64,000 bases of DNA from an uncultured delta proteobacterium (GTDB taxonomy: Bacteria > Desulfobacterota > Syntrophia > Syntrophales > UBA2185), in assembly GCA_963729715.1 (NCBI GenBank), contig CAVSPA010000006.1:384001-448000 (forward strand), given 5' to 3'. Positions within the stretch are counted from its first letter, which is position 1. Every line of letters starts with the position of its first letter. Both the position numbers and the translations under genes were made by a program. Below are positions 19,418 to 28,322 of the stretch, one piece after another. The notes beneath the pieces are model-generated. The model saw only the letters and a list, made by a program, of their open reading frames with translations. It did no database searches and had not been told where the DNA came from.

Positions 19418-19954
19418 CTATCCCTGTGTGATTTTTTTCAGCTCCTCCGCAAAGATTTCGTATGTCTTGCGACCAAAAAGCACAAAACGAACCAGCCCAA
19501 TATCGGCGTGTTCTTTGAGATAATCTATGGCTGTTGTGAGGGCGATGTGTGCGGCTTCGTCCACGGGATAGCCATAGACGCCGGTGCTAATGGCCGGAAA
19601 GGCGACGCTCTTGAGCTTTTTTGCTGAAACAAGCTTGAGACTCTCCAGATGGGCGCTTTTTAAGAGTGCTGCTTCACCCTTTGCGCCGCCCTGGTAAACT
19701 GGCCCCACTGCGTGGATGACATATTTTGCCTTAAGATTTCCCGCAGTGGTGATAACCGCATGTCCTGTGGGACATCCTCCGATTTTCCGACACTCCTGCA
19801 TGATGGACGGCCCGCCCGCCCGATGTATGGCGCCATCTACGCCTCCACCACCCGCGAGTCGCGAATTGGCGGCATTGACGATTGCGTCTGTTTCCTCCAT
19901 TGTTATGTCTCCTTCAACAAGGGACAATATCAAATTGTTAATCCTCACTTCCAT
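19418..19954 (-). CDS. Macrodomain O-acetyl-ADP-ribose deacetylase (YmdB-like)
   Basis: GDIT, AIVNAAN, GGGGVDGAIHRAGG, HAVGP, FPAISTGVYGYP. Confidence 0.95.
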   Translation of the reverse strand: MEVRINNLILSLVEGDITMEETDAIVNAANSRLAGGGGVDGAIHRAGGPSIMQECRKIGGCPTGHAVITTAGNLKAKYVIHAVGPVYQGGAKGEAALLKSAHLESLKLVSAKKLKSVAFPAISTGVYGYPVDEAAHIALTTAIDYLKEHADIGLVRFVLFGRKTYEIFAEELKKITQG

Positions 19955-19957
19955 GAT

Positions 19958-21592
19958 TCAACTCCTTTCGGCAACGGGTGTTCCCTCACCATAGACGAGC
20001 ATCCGATATGCCTTTTCAATTCTGCCCCAGTTCTCCTCTCTGTCCATGGACCAATACCTGCCTATGGCGGAGACTACCTTTCCGAGATTGAGGTCCCTGC
20101 ATTTCTGTTCCACCATCTCTATATACTTGGCCCCGCTCTCCTGCAATTCTCCGCGCCTGCCGAGCATGGCATGAATGAAGACATCCCTTATTTCCTCCTG
20201 CTTCGCGATATCCATCAGGGCAAGAAGGTGATTGACAGATCCATGGGAACTGAAGAACGACACGATACCCATAATGTGTAGCGCCTTGCCGCTATCCTTG
20301 GCGTTACGTATGACATGCAGAAAAGCCTCATTATGAAAAAAAGATCCATCGGCAATGGACTGATCGATTTTCACCTTGTCGGATAAAATTCTTCTCCCCG
20401 ACCCTATGTGGAGGTGTCCGGCTTCAGAGTTGCCGACCGTCCCCGCGGAAAGGCCGACAGCTTCACCGGCAGCGGCAAGCAGCGTATGAGGGTATATTTT
20501 CTTGAGCCTGTCCATGGCGGGGGTGTTGGCGCGGGCTATCAGATTTCCCTCGCTGCTTTCATTTTCGCCCCAGCCGTCGAGAATCAGAAGCAGGACCCGC
20601 CGGGTTTTTTCCTCGGATGGATCGACGCGTCGCCGGGATGTTTTTTTTATTAGTGAATGCCCTGTCATGTACGGCGATTGGGGAATACCCATCAGCTCGA
20701 GAACAGTGGGGGCGATGTCTGCAAGCTCTCCTTGCTCGCGGAGGGATATGTCGCGATCAGTGTGCACGAGAATGAAAGGGACATGGCTATCTGTATGTCC
20801 TGTGTCGATGGTGCCGTCCGGATAGAGCCATTTTTCAACTGTACCGTGGTCGGAACTGACGATGGCGACTATCCCTTCTCTTGAAGCCTCGGCGATAATA
20901 TCGCCCATGCACGTATCCACGGCTTCGACCGCCTTAACGATGGCTTCTTCATTTTCTATGTGGCCTACCACATCGACATTGGGGAAGTTTATGAAAATGA
21001 AATGATAAGAAGGGTCGCGAATTTTTTCCTGGGCTTTTTCCGTGACGGCATAGATGGACATCTCCGGAGCTTCGTCAAAGAGGACAACATCTCTTCGAGA
21101 CGGAACGATGACCCTCTCTTCTCCCGGCAGGACTTCTGTGTTTTTACCGTTGAGGAAGAAGCCCACGTGACTCGCCTTTTCAGACTCCGTGATCTTGGCC
21201 TGTTTCAGGTTATGCCTTGCAAGGACTTCGCTCAGGGTGTCTTTGATCGCGCCCTCCGGCGGAAAGGCAACGCTAACGTTCAAATCCTTCTCGTATTCTA
21301 TCATCGTGGCAAAATGAAGAGTCAGGTCATTCTCCACCGGAAATTTGTCGAAGCCTGCATCCGTCAGGCTCTGGGTAAGTTCGACTTCTCTTTCTCCCCG
21401 GATGTTATAGTATATTACGGCATCTCCTTTTTTCAATCTTCCCACTGGCCCACCCTTACAATCAAACAAAACGAGGGGAGGGAATGTCTCATCATCTTTC
21501 CCATTCCTGTATGCATTTTTAACTGCACGAGACATGATAGACCTAATGCTTGCCATGGATTTTTCTCTCTTAGTCAATAAAGCTTTCTGCAT
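19958..21592 (-). CDS. gpmI: Cofactor-independent phosphoglycerate mutase family protein, circularly permuted
   Basis: iPGM motifs present but in swapped order: DETF/NIRGER/ESEK/NVDVVGH/SDHG/GHT/LADIAPT come first, then LILDGWG/GNSEAGH/GRY/MDR. Alternative start at 21556. Confidence 0.85.
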   Translation of the reverse strand: MQKALLTKREKSMASIRSIMSRAVKNAYRNGKDDETFPPLVLFDCKGGPVGRLKKGDAVIYYNIRGEREVELTQSLTDAGFDKFPVENDLTLHFATMIEYEKDLNVSVAFPPEGAIKDTLSEVLARHNLKQAKITESEKASHVGFFLNGKNTEVLPGEERVIVPSRRDVVLFDEAPEMSIYAVTEKAQEKIRDPSYHFIFINFPNVDVVGHIENEEAIVKAVEAVDTCMGDIIAEASREGIVAIVSSDHGTVEKWLYPDGTIDTGHTDSHVPFILVHTDRDISLREQGELADIAPTVLELMGIPQSPYMTGHSLIKKTSRRRVDPSEEKTRRVLLLILDGWGENESSEGNLIARANTPAMDRLKKIYPHTLLAAAGEAVGLSAGTVGNSEAGHLHIGSGRRILSDKVKIDQSIADGSFFHNEAFLHVIRNAKDSGKALHIMGIVSFFSSHGSVNHLLALMDIAKQEEIRDVFIHAMLGRRGELQESGAKYIEMVEQKCRDLNLGKVVSAIGRYWSMDREENWGRIEKAYRMLVYGEGTPVAERS

Positions 21593-21766
21593 AAATTAGG
21601 AGTGCATCGTGTCTTGCGGGAATACATGATGACATTTAGTTTCTAACTAAATTGCGAAAAACTGTAAAGTGAAACTTTGTCATTCCTTGATAAAAAGGCC
21701 TTTTATATTGAAAATTGCATGTTTCCATGATATACTAAATAGATAAAATAATGGGAAAAGTCGGTC

Positions 21767-22168
21767 GTGCTAAAACTAAGCAGAGAAAAAGATCCGGAAA
21801 ATATACTGCGCGAGGAAATGCTGAAGGAAAGAGCGGAAGTCCTTGGCCGTGCCGGTGAAAAGTTGGCAGCTGCTATTGATAAGATGAGAATCGTAGAGCA
21901 GGGTATTGATGAGCGGCTGAAGCGTTTCCGCTTCACTATGGAGAAATATGAGGGAAGAGGCGGCGATAACAAAATTGCTTCTTTGAAGCAGGAAATGATG
22001 GGGGAAATCAATCGGGAGATTACTAAATTCAACCGTGCCAGAGAGTATGCGAAGTTGAGATATTACTACCTTATTGTGACGAGAGAGGCTATGGGCATGC
22101 GTCGTCATCACTGGGTAGATGATTGGTACAGCATTCCTCCGAGGAAACCGCCGTTTCGGGACTTATGA
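21767..22168 (+). CDS. Hypothetical helical protein coupled to pcm
   Basis: 133 aa ORF whose stop overlaps the pcm start (ATGA); [12 protein letters not shown] motif. Confidence 0.7.
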   Translation: MLKLSREKDPENILREEMLKERAEVLGRAGEKLAAAIDKMRIVEQGIDERLKRFRFTMEKYEGRGGDNKIASLKQEMMGEINREITKFNRAREYAKLRYYYLIVTREAMGMRRHHWVDDWYSIPPRKPPFRDL

Positions 22169-22815
22169 TGGATCGTTATTTAAAGCAAAGAAAGAAGATG
22201 GTGGAATCTCAGATAAGAGCAAGGGGGATCAGGGATCCGCACGTACTTGCGGCGATGGAAACGGTTCCCCGGCATCTCTTCGTCAATGAGGCCCTGAGAG
22301 ACCAGGCTTACAATGACAATCCACTTCCTATAGACGGGGGGCAGACTATTTCTCAACCCTATATCGTGGCTCTGATGACGGAAGCTATGGAGCTTACCGG
22401 GAAGGACAAGGTTCTCGAAATCGGAACAGGTTCAGGTTATCAAACTGCCGTACTGGCGGAACTCGCGGAGCATGTGTTTTCCATCGATCGCGTTGCCACG
22501 CTGGCAAATGCGGCGAGAAAGCTTCTGGAGTCGCTTAATTATTTTAACGTGGCAATCAGAGTCGGGGATGGGACATATGGTTGGCGGGAAGAGGCTCCCT
22601 TCGATGCAATTATTGTCACAGCCGGTGCTCCGGACATTCCCAAGACTTTCGTGGAGCAGCTCGCTATTGGAGGAAGACTCGTTATCCCTGTTGGCGGCCG
22701 CCATTCTCAAGCACTCATTAGACTGACCAGATTGTCCGACGACGTAAACACTGTGAAAAAAGAAGACCTGGGTGGATGCCGGTTTGTGGATCTTATCGGG
22801 GAATACGGATGGTAA
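22165..22815 (+). CDS. pcm: Protein-L-isoaspartate O-methyltransferase
   Basis: [36 protein letters not shown]. Confidence 0.96.
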   Translation: MMDRYLKQRKKMVESQIRARGIRDPHVLAAMETVPRHLFVNEALRDQAYNDNPLPIDGGQTISQPYIVALMTEAMELTGKDKVLEIGTGSGYQTAVLAELAEHVFSIDRVATLANAARKLLESLNYFNVAIRVGDGTYGWREEAPFDAIIVTAGAPDIPKTFVEQLAIGGRLVIPVGGRHSQALIRLTRLSDDVNTVKKEDLGGCRFVDLIGEYGW

Positions 22816-22929
22816 TTCGGACGGCTTCGAAACTATTTGTAGACATATGGGCTGAAGTAACTGTTTCTGTCCAGTCAGAATCGAGATTACTCATTTGCCG
22901 TGTTTTAAACTGATGCAGCTAATACGAAT

Positions 22930-23880
22930 ATGTCCTGGCGCTTGATCATTATCCCCCTTCTCTTAGTAAATCTCTTATATGCCTGTACAGGGCTTTATAC
23001 CGGAAATGTAAAAACTAAAGGCATATACTATCGAGTTAAAAGCGGTGACACCCTGTGGAGCATTGCCAATGCCTATAATATGGATATCCAGGAACTCGCT
23101 GAGGCGAATAATATAACGGATCCCAAGCTGATAGGGGCCGACACCATCCTGTTTATCCCTGACGCAAATCAGATTATCGATGATGTAATGACTGCGGTCA
23201 GCGAAACGGAGCCAGCAAAGAAAATAGCAAAGAAGGAAGGGAAGACATCAGAGCTAAAAACCCGTAAAGGAGGACGCTCAGGTGATAAGGTAACGGCCGC
23301 ACCGGAGGAATTATCAACGAGGGAGGCTTTAAGGGGCAGGGACGGTGAGGCGGTCAGAGAAGAATCAAAAGGGATCAAGGCCAAAGGCGTGGAGGAAGGG
23401 ACCACATTGACGGATGGGGCGCAGCCGCGCGAGGCAATGGGACGAAAGGTCGACCAAAAAGGCAGGGAAAGGGATGGTGCGGGAGAATCTGCCAAGATAA
23501 AGTTCGACAAGGATCGTTTTATATGGCCAGTGAAGGGCAAGGTACGGTCGAAGTTTGGCTTTCAGCGCGACGGTACTTATTATAATTGGATTAGCATAGC
23601 GGCAAAGGAAGGGGCGCCGGTGCTGGCTGCGGCGAACGGGACCGTAATTTATTCTAATTCGTTGAAGGATTACGGAGAAACAATTATTATAAAACATCAA
23701 GACAATTACGCCACCGTATATACCAATTTGAGCGGCAGAATAGCGCGAGTGGACGATAAGGTCAAAAAGGGCAATCGCATAGCCTTTCTCGGTAAAGCAG
23801 AAAAAAAAGGCGAAGCTTCCTTAAACTTTGAAATCCGCCATAAGAACAAGGCACGCAACCCCCTGTTTTTTCTTCCATGA
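22930..23880 (+). CDS. LysM/M23 lipoprotein (NlpD-like, Zn ligands degenerate)
   Basis: Lipobox LYAC, LysM YRVKSGDTLWSIA, M23 FIWPVKG...LNFEIR...NPL; HxxxD and HxH replaced (YNWIS, LNF). Confidence 0.85.
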   Translation: MSWRLIIIPLLLVNLLYACTGLYTGNVKTKGIYYRVKSGDTLWSIANAYNMDIQELAEANNITDPKLIGADTILFIPDANQIIDDVMTAVSETEPAKKIAKKEGKTSELKTRKGGRSGDKVTAAPEELSTREALRGRDGEAVREESKGIKAKGVEEGTTLTDGAQPREAMGRKVDQKGRERDGAGESAKIKFDKDRFIWPVKGKVRSKFGFQRDGTYYNWISIAAKEGAPVLAAANGTVIYSNSLKDYGETIIIKHQDNYATVYTNLSGRIARVDDKVKKGNRIAFLGKAEKKGEASLNFEIRHKNKARNPLFFLP

Positions 23881-24040
23881 TTTTGAATTTTAATTACACT
23901 GCCGATATTCGCCTGCGCTTTGACATCCGGATAAGATATCCGAAAGGAAATGAGCTCAAGAGGTCGGTTGGTTAATTCCGGATATTCTTGGAGATAAGCA
24001 GCGCGACAGATATTGTCAGTGGGGAACCAAGAGGATCGAA

Positions 24041-25189
24041 ATGAGGCACGACATCGAACAGGGGCCAATAAGGCCGCCCAGTGAGGCGACAAGCCTCCTC
24101 ATCCGGGCAACGAGGAACTGCCCGTGGAATAAGTGCGCCTTTTGCCACACCTATCGCGATACAAAATTTGAACTGAGACACGTGGACGAAATTAAGGCGG
24201 ATATACAGAAGGCAAAGGATATTGCAGACCAGATAACAGAGCTTTCGTGGAAGCATGGCGAAGGCGGGCGTGTCAGCAAGAGCACAGTGAATCTCATATA
24301 CGGTCATGATGAGGCATACAGTGATGCTGTGAGATCGATAGCGGCCTGGCTTTATTACGGTGGCGAGTCTGTTTTCCTACAGGATGCGAATTCGATCATT
24401 ATGAAAACGGCTGATCTTGTAGAGATACTATCGTTCATTAAGGATAAGTTTCCATCTGTGAACAGGATTACCTCGTATTGCCGGTCAAAGACGGCAGCAA
24501 GGAAAACCGTGGAAGAGTTCAAGATGCTGAAGAGCGCCGGCCTCTCGCGAATTCACATAGGTATGGAAAGCGGGTACGATCCTCTTCTAAAATTTGTCAA
24601 GAAGGGAGTCACAGCAGCCGAGCACATAGAGGGAGGGCGCAATATCAAGGAGGCGGGAATTTCACTCTGTGAATATGTTATGCCGGGCCTCGGCGGGGAT
24701 CGGTGGTCGAAAGAACATGCCGAGGAAACGGCGCACGTCATCAATGAGATAGATCCGGACTTCGTCAGATTGAGGACATTTCATGCTGTTCCGGGAACGG
24801 ATCTTTTTGAAATGGTGCAGAGGGGTGAGTTCCATCCCATAGGCGATGAGGAAATACTGAGAGAGATAAGGAGATTCATAGAGTATCTTCATGGCATCGA
24901 CACTTCCATAGTGAGTGATCATATCCTGAATCTCCTCGAAGAGCTGCATGGGAAACTTCCCGAGGATCAAAAACATCTTTTGGAAATCATTGACGGATAT
25001 TTTTCTCTGCCTGATGATGAAAGGCTCGTGTACAGGATTGGAAGAAGAATCGGCGCTTACAGGGGGTTGGGCGATCTCGCAGATGAGGGCATGTATAAAA
25101 AGGTAAAGAGTATAATCGATCAATACAGTTCGCAAGACCGGAATCAGCTCGATAATGAATTACTGAAAATAATGAATAGATACATATAA
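24041..25189 (+). CDS. Radical SAM protein (CX4CX2C)
   Basis: IRPPSEA, NCPWNKCAFC, FLQDAN, IHIGMESG. Confidence 0.85.
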   Translation: MRHDIEQGPIRPPSEATSLLIRATRNCPWNKCAFCHTYRDTKFELRHVDEIKADIQKAKDIADQITELSWKHGEGGRVSKSTVNLIYGHDEAYSDAVRSIAAWLYYGGESVFLQDANSIIMKTADLVEILSFIKDKFPSVNRITSYCRSKTAARKTVEEFKMLKSAGLSRIHIGMESGYDPLLKFVKKGVTAAEHIEGGRNIKEAGISLCEYVMPGLGGDRWSKEHAEETAHVINEIDPDFVRLRTFHAVPGTDLFEMVQRGEFHPIGDEEILREIRRFIEYLHGIDTSIVSDHILNLLEELHGKLPEDQKHLLEIIDGYFSLPDDERLVYRIGRRIGAYRGLGDLADEGMYKKVKSIIDQYSSQDRNQLDNELLKIMNRYI

Positions 25190-25229
25190 AGGCGATTTCC
25201 CGCGTATAATTGGTTGTCTGTTGGTTGTC

Positions 25230-25258
25230 TTGACTATTGCCTAAAAGTGTGATATAAA
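25230..25258 (+). promoter_or_regulatory. Putative sigma70 promoter of the carD operon
   Basis: TTGACT-N17-TATAAA with extended -10 TG. Confidence 0.6.
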
Positions 25259-25282
25259 AAATAGTTCTAAAATAATTAGTAG

Positions 25283-25777
25283 GTGAACGAGATGTTTAAA
25301 GTGGGGGATTTGGCGGTCTATCCGGCTCAAGGCGTGGGAATTATCGAAGCTATTGAGCACAAAGAGTATATGGGCAGCAAACAGAAGTTTTATGTCATGA
25401 AGATCATGAGCAATGGCATGAAAATAATGATACCCATCAATAGCGCACAATCCATCGGGCTAAGAGAGGTAATCGCTGAAAAGGAAATTCCTAAAGTATA
25501 TGAAATCCTTAGAAATAAGGACGTTACTATTGATAAGCAGACATGGAACAAGAGATACAAAGAGTACTTGGACAAGATTAAGACGGGGTCGGTATTCGAG
25601 ATTGCGAGAGTGCTCCGGGACCTTATTATTTTGAAGTCCGATAAGAATCTCTCCTTTGGTGAAAGGAAGATGATGGACACGGCTAAGAGCCTCTTAGTCA
25701 AAGAAATATCAGTTGCGAGTAACTCCGAAGAAACCAAAGTGGAGCAAGATCTTAGAATAATCCTGACTGTTCAATAG
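25283..25777 (+). CDS. carD: CarD family transcription factor
   Basis: FKVGDLAVYPAQGVG, WNKRY, LSFGERKM. Confidence 0.95.
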   Translation: MNEMFKVGDLAVYPAQGVGIIEAIEHKEYMGSKQKFYVMKIMSNGMKIMIPINSAQSIGLREVIAEKEIPKVYEILRNKDVTIDKQTWNKRYKEYLDKIKTGSVFEIARVLRDLIILKSDKNLSFGERKMMDTAKSLLVKEISVASNSEETKVEQDLRIILTVQ

Positions 25778-25882
25778 GCGTTAGGGAATAACCTTGTCGG
25801 AGTCTTCAATTCCTCTCTTTGAAAAAATGAAAATTATCACGCCAAGTGGGCCGGTATAAAAGTAATTTAGGCAAGAAAGGAG

Positions 25883-26911
25883 GTGAACATATTGATTATA
25901 AAGATTCTTTTAATGGCTGCTTGTTCAATTAGTGGTTATTTTATCGCTTTTACCTATTATGGGTTTCCCATAGCATTAATAGGATTATTTTCAGGATTTC
26001 TAATTGCCATTTGTGTCATACGAGCCGAACAAGCCATAAGAAAGGTATCGCTCAGGGTCATATTCGGTGGCGTCGTAGGCATGATCATAGGTCTTTTTAT
26101 AGCTTTTTTCCTCGCCTATGGTCTTAATTTTGTGGGAGTTACCTGGGAAAAGCAGCAGGTTGCTCCTTGGATATATGCTCTTCTGACAGGCATCATGGGC
26201 TATCTCGGACTGGTCATCGGATCAAAGAAAATCGAAGAATTCAGTTGGTTTGGCTTTAGCCAGACAAAGGAGAGCCCAGATTACGGGATTTTGGATACGA
26301 GCGTTATTATTGACGGCAGGATCGCGGATATATGTGATACAGGTTTTATCGAAGGTACGTTGGTAGTTCCGAGGTTTGTGCTGGATGAGCTGCAGTATAT
26401 TGCAGACTCTTCCGATTCCATGAAACGCTCCCGCGGCAGGAGAGGGCTCGATATCTTAAACCGGATGCAGAGAAGCAGCGGCATCAATATCGAGGTCGTT
26501 GATCAAGATTTTCCTAAGCTCAAAGGTGTTGACGCGAAGCTCGTAGCTATGGCAAAAAAAATGAACGCGAGAATTATAACCAATGACTTTAACTTGAACA
26601 AAGTAGCCGAACTACAAGGCATAAAGATCCTGAATGTTAACGAACTGGCAAATGCCCTGAAACCTGTTGTCTTACCGGGTGAAATAATGACGGTCAAGGT
26701 AATCAAAGAAGGCAAAGAACCCGGTCAAGGGGTGGCATATCTCGATGATGGAACAATGATAATTGTCGATCATGCACAGAAATACCAGGGTTCAACCGTC
26801 GAAGTTATCGTAACCAGCGTGTTGCAGACTACTGCAGGCAGAATGATATTTTCTGAGATGAAAGAGGTTGTCAACGACAAAAAAACCTACGGGTTCAGTG
26901 CGAAACAATAG
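25883..26911 (+). CDS. PIN/TRAM domain membrane protein (YacL-like)
   Basis: N-terminal TMs, LDTSVIIDGRI, RGRRGLDIL, TNDFNLNK, GQGVAYLDDGTM, TSVLQTTAGRMIF. Confidence 0.93.
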   Translation: MNILIIKILLMAACSISGYFIAFTYYGFPIALIGLFSGFLIAICVIRAEQAIRKVSLRVIFGGVVGMIIGLFIAFFLAYGLNFVGVTWEKQQVAPWIYALLTGIMGYLGLVIGSKKIEEFSWFGFSQTKESPDYGILDTSVIIDGRIADICDTGFIEGTLVVPRFVLDELQYIADSSDSMKRSRGRRGLDILNRMQRSSGINIEVVDQDFPKLKGVDAKLVAMAKKMNARIITNDFNLNKVAELQGIKILNVNELANALKPVVLPGEIMTVKVIKEGKEPGQGVAYLDDGTMIIVDHAQKYQGSTVEVIVTSVLQTTAGRMIFSEMKEVVNDKKTYGFSAKQ

Positions 26912-26920
26912 TGGCATGGT

Positions 26921-26960
26921 AAAGCCCGGAGAGCTGGAAAGTCGCCGGGCTTTTTTATTT
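26921..26960 (+). terminator. Rho-independent terminator
   Basis: AAAGCCCGG...CCGGGCTTT stem followed by a T-tract. Confidence 0.7.
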
Positions 26961-27047
26961 GCATCAAAGAGCTTCTTGAAAAATCAACATAATGCGTTCT
27001 GAAGCATCCCTCGATATATTCATAGAGACACTATCGTGAGCCTTCTC

Positions 27048-27740
27048 ATGAAGACAGTGGCGATCATCCCTGCCGCGGGTTCAAGCAAACGGATGCATAA
27101 TAATGTATCAAAGCAGTATCTCTTGCTTGACGGTGTTCCCGTGCTGGCACGTACCCTGGAAATATTTCAGAGGTCGCCGGGAATAGGTGAGATATTTCTC
27201 ATTGTACCAGAGGCGGACATTGACTACGCTCATAAACACATTGTTGACAGATACGCGATTTCCAAGGTCAGCAACATATTAGCGGGGGGGAAGGAAAGAC
27301 AGGACTCTGTACGAAAGGGCATTGATGCTTTGGGGAGCGGTCATGATATCGTCGTTATTCACGACGGCGTCAGGCCTTTCATATCGGAAGAGTTAATCCA
27401 TTCGGCCATTATGGAGGCGTCGTGGGCGAAAGCGGTGACGGCAGGAGTCCCCGTTAAGGACACTGTCAAATCAATCGATCATCATGGGATTGTCGTGGAG
27501 ACACTCAACCGTAACCATCTGTGGCTGACGCAAACGCCCCAGGCTTTTGAAAGGGACGTTATAAAAAAGGCCTATGAAGCAGCATACAGAGACAACTACT
27601 ATGGGACAGATGACGCCTCTCTTGTAGAGAGGATAGGCGTCAAGGTCATGATGATTCGCGGTTCCTACGATAATATTAAGATCACTACGAAAGACGATAT
27701 TATGCTGGCGGAGATCCTTACGAGAAGGCTCACGCGATAG
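27048..27740 (+). CDS. ispD: 2-C-methyl-D-erythritol 4-phosphate cytidylyltransferase
   Basis: IPAAGSSKRM, KQY, GGKERQDSV, IHDGVRP, QTPQAF, TDD, NIKITT. Confidence 0.96.
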   Translation: MKTVAIIPAAGSSKRMHNNVSKQYLLLDGVPVLARTLEIFQRSPGIGEIFLIVPEADIDYAHKHIVDRYAISKVSNILAGGKERQDSVRKGIDALGSGHDIVVIHDGVRPFISEELIHSAIMEASWAKAVTAGVPVKDTVKSIDHHGIVVETLNRNHLWLTQTPQAFERDVIKKAYEAAYRDNYYGTDDASLVERIGVKVMMIRGSYDNIKITTKDDIMLAEILTRRLTR

Positions 27741-27839
27741 GGTACTACTTTGAGTGAAGGCACAATGTAATTTGTAAGGAGCCAATTTGTGCCGGGTCAT
27801 GGCTTGACTGAAACACCGGCGGCCAAGAAAAGGACTGAA

Positions 27840-28322
27840 ATGAGAATAGGGTTCGGATATGACAGTCACCGGCTGGTTGATGGGAGGATACTTATACTCG
27901 GAGGAGTAGTCATCCCTCATGAGAAGGGGCTTCTCGGCCACTCAGATGCGGATGTGCTTGTCCATGCCATATGTGACGCCATAATCGGCGCCATAGCGGA
28001 TGGAGACATCGGCAGATATTTTCCCGATACAGATCCTGCTTACGAAGGCATATCGAGTCTGAAATTGCTGCATCTGGTTTGTGTCAAGGCAGGAGGAAAA
28101 GGATTTGTCGTGAATAATATAGATTCTACGGTCGTCCTGGAAAGGCCGAGATTGATGGACCACATACATAATATGGAATCTAATATTGCGAATACATTAA
28201 ACATCCCGGTGGAGAAGGTTAATGTCAAGGCGAAAACCAACGAAGGGATGGGGTTCCCGGGACGTGGAGAAGGAATCGCCGCCTTTGCAGTAGCCACGGT
28301 TATCGAAAAGGATGGCAGATGA
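27840..28322 (+). CDS. ispF: 2-C-methyl-D-erythritol 2,4-cyclodiphosphate synthase
   Basis: MRIGFGYDSH, GHSDADV, GDIG, NVKAKTNEGMG. Confidence 0.96.
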   Translation: MRIGFGYDSHRLVDGRILILGGVVIPHEKGLLGHSDADVLVHAICDAIIGAIADGDIGRYFPDTDPAYEGISSLKLLHLVCVKAGGKGFVVNNIDSTVVLERPRLMDHIHNMESNIANTLNIPVEKVNVKAKTNEGMGFPGRGEGIAAFAVATVIEKDGR

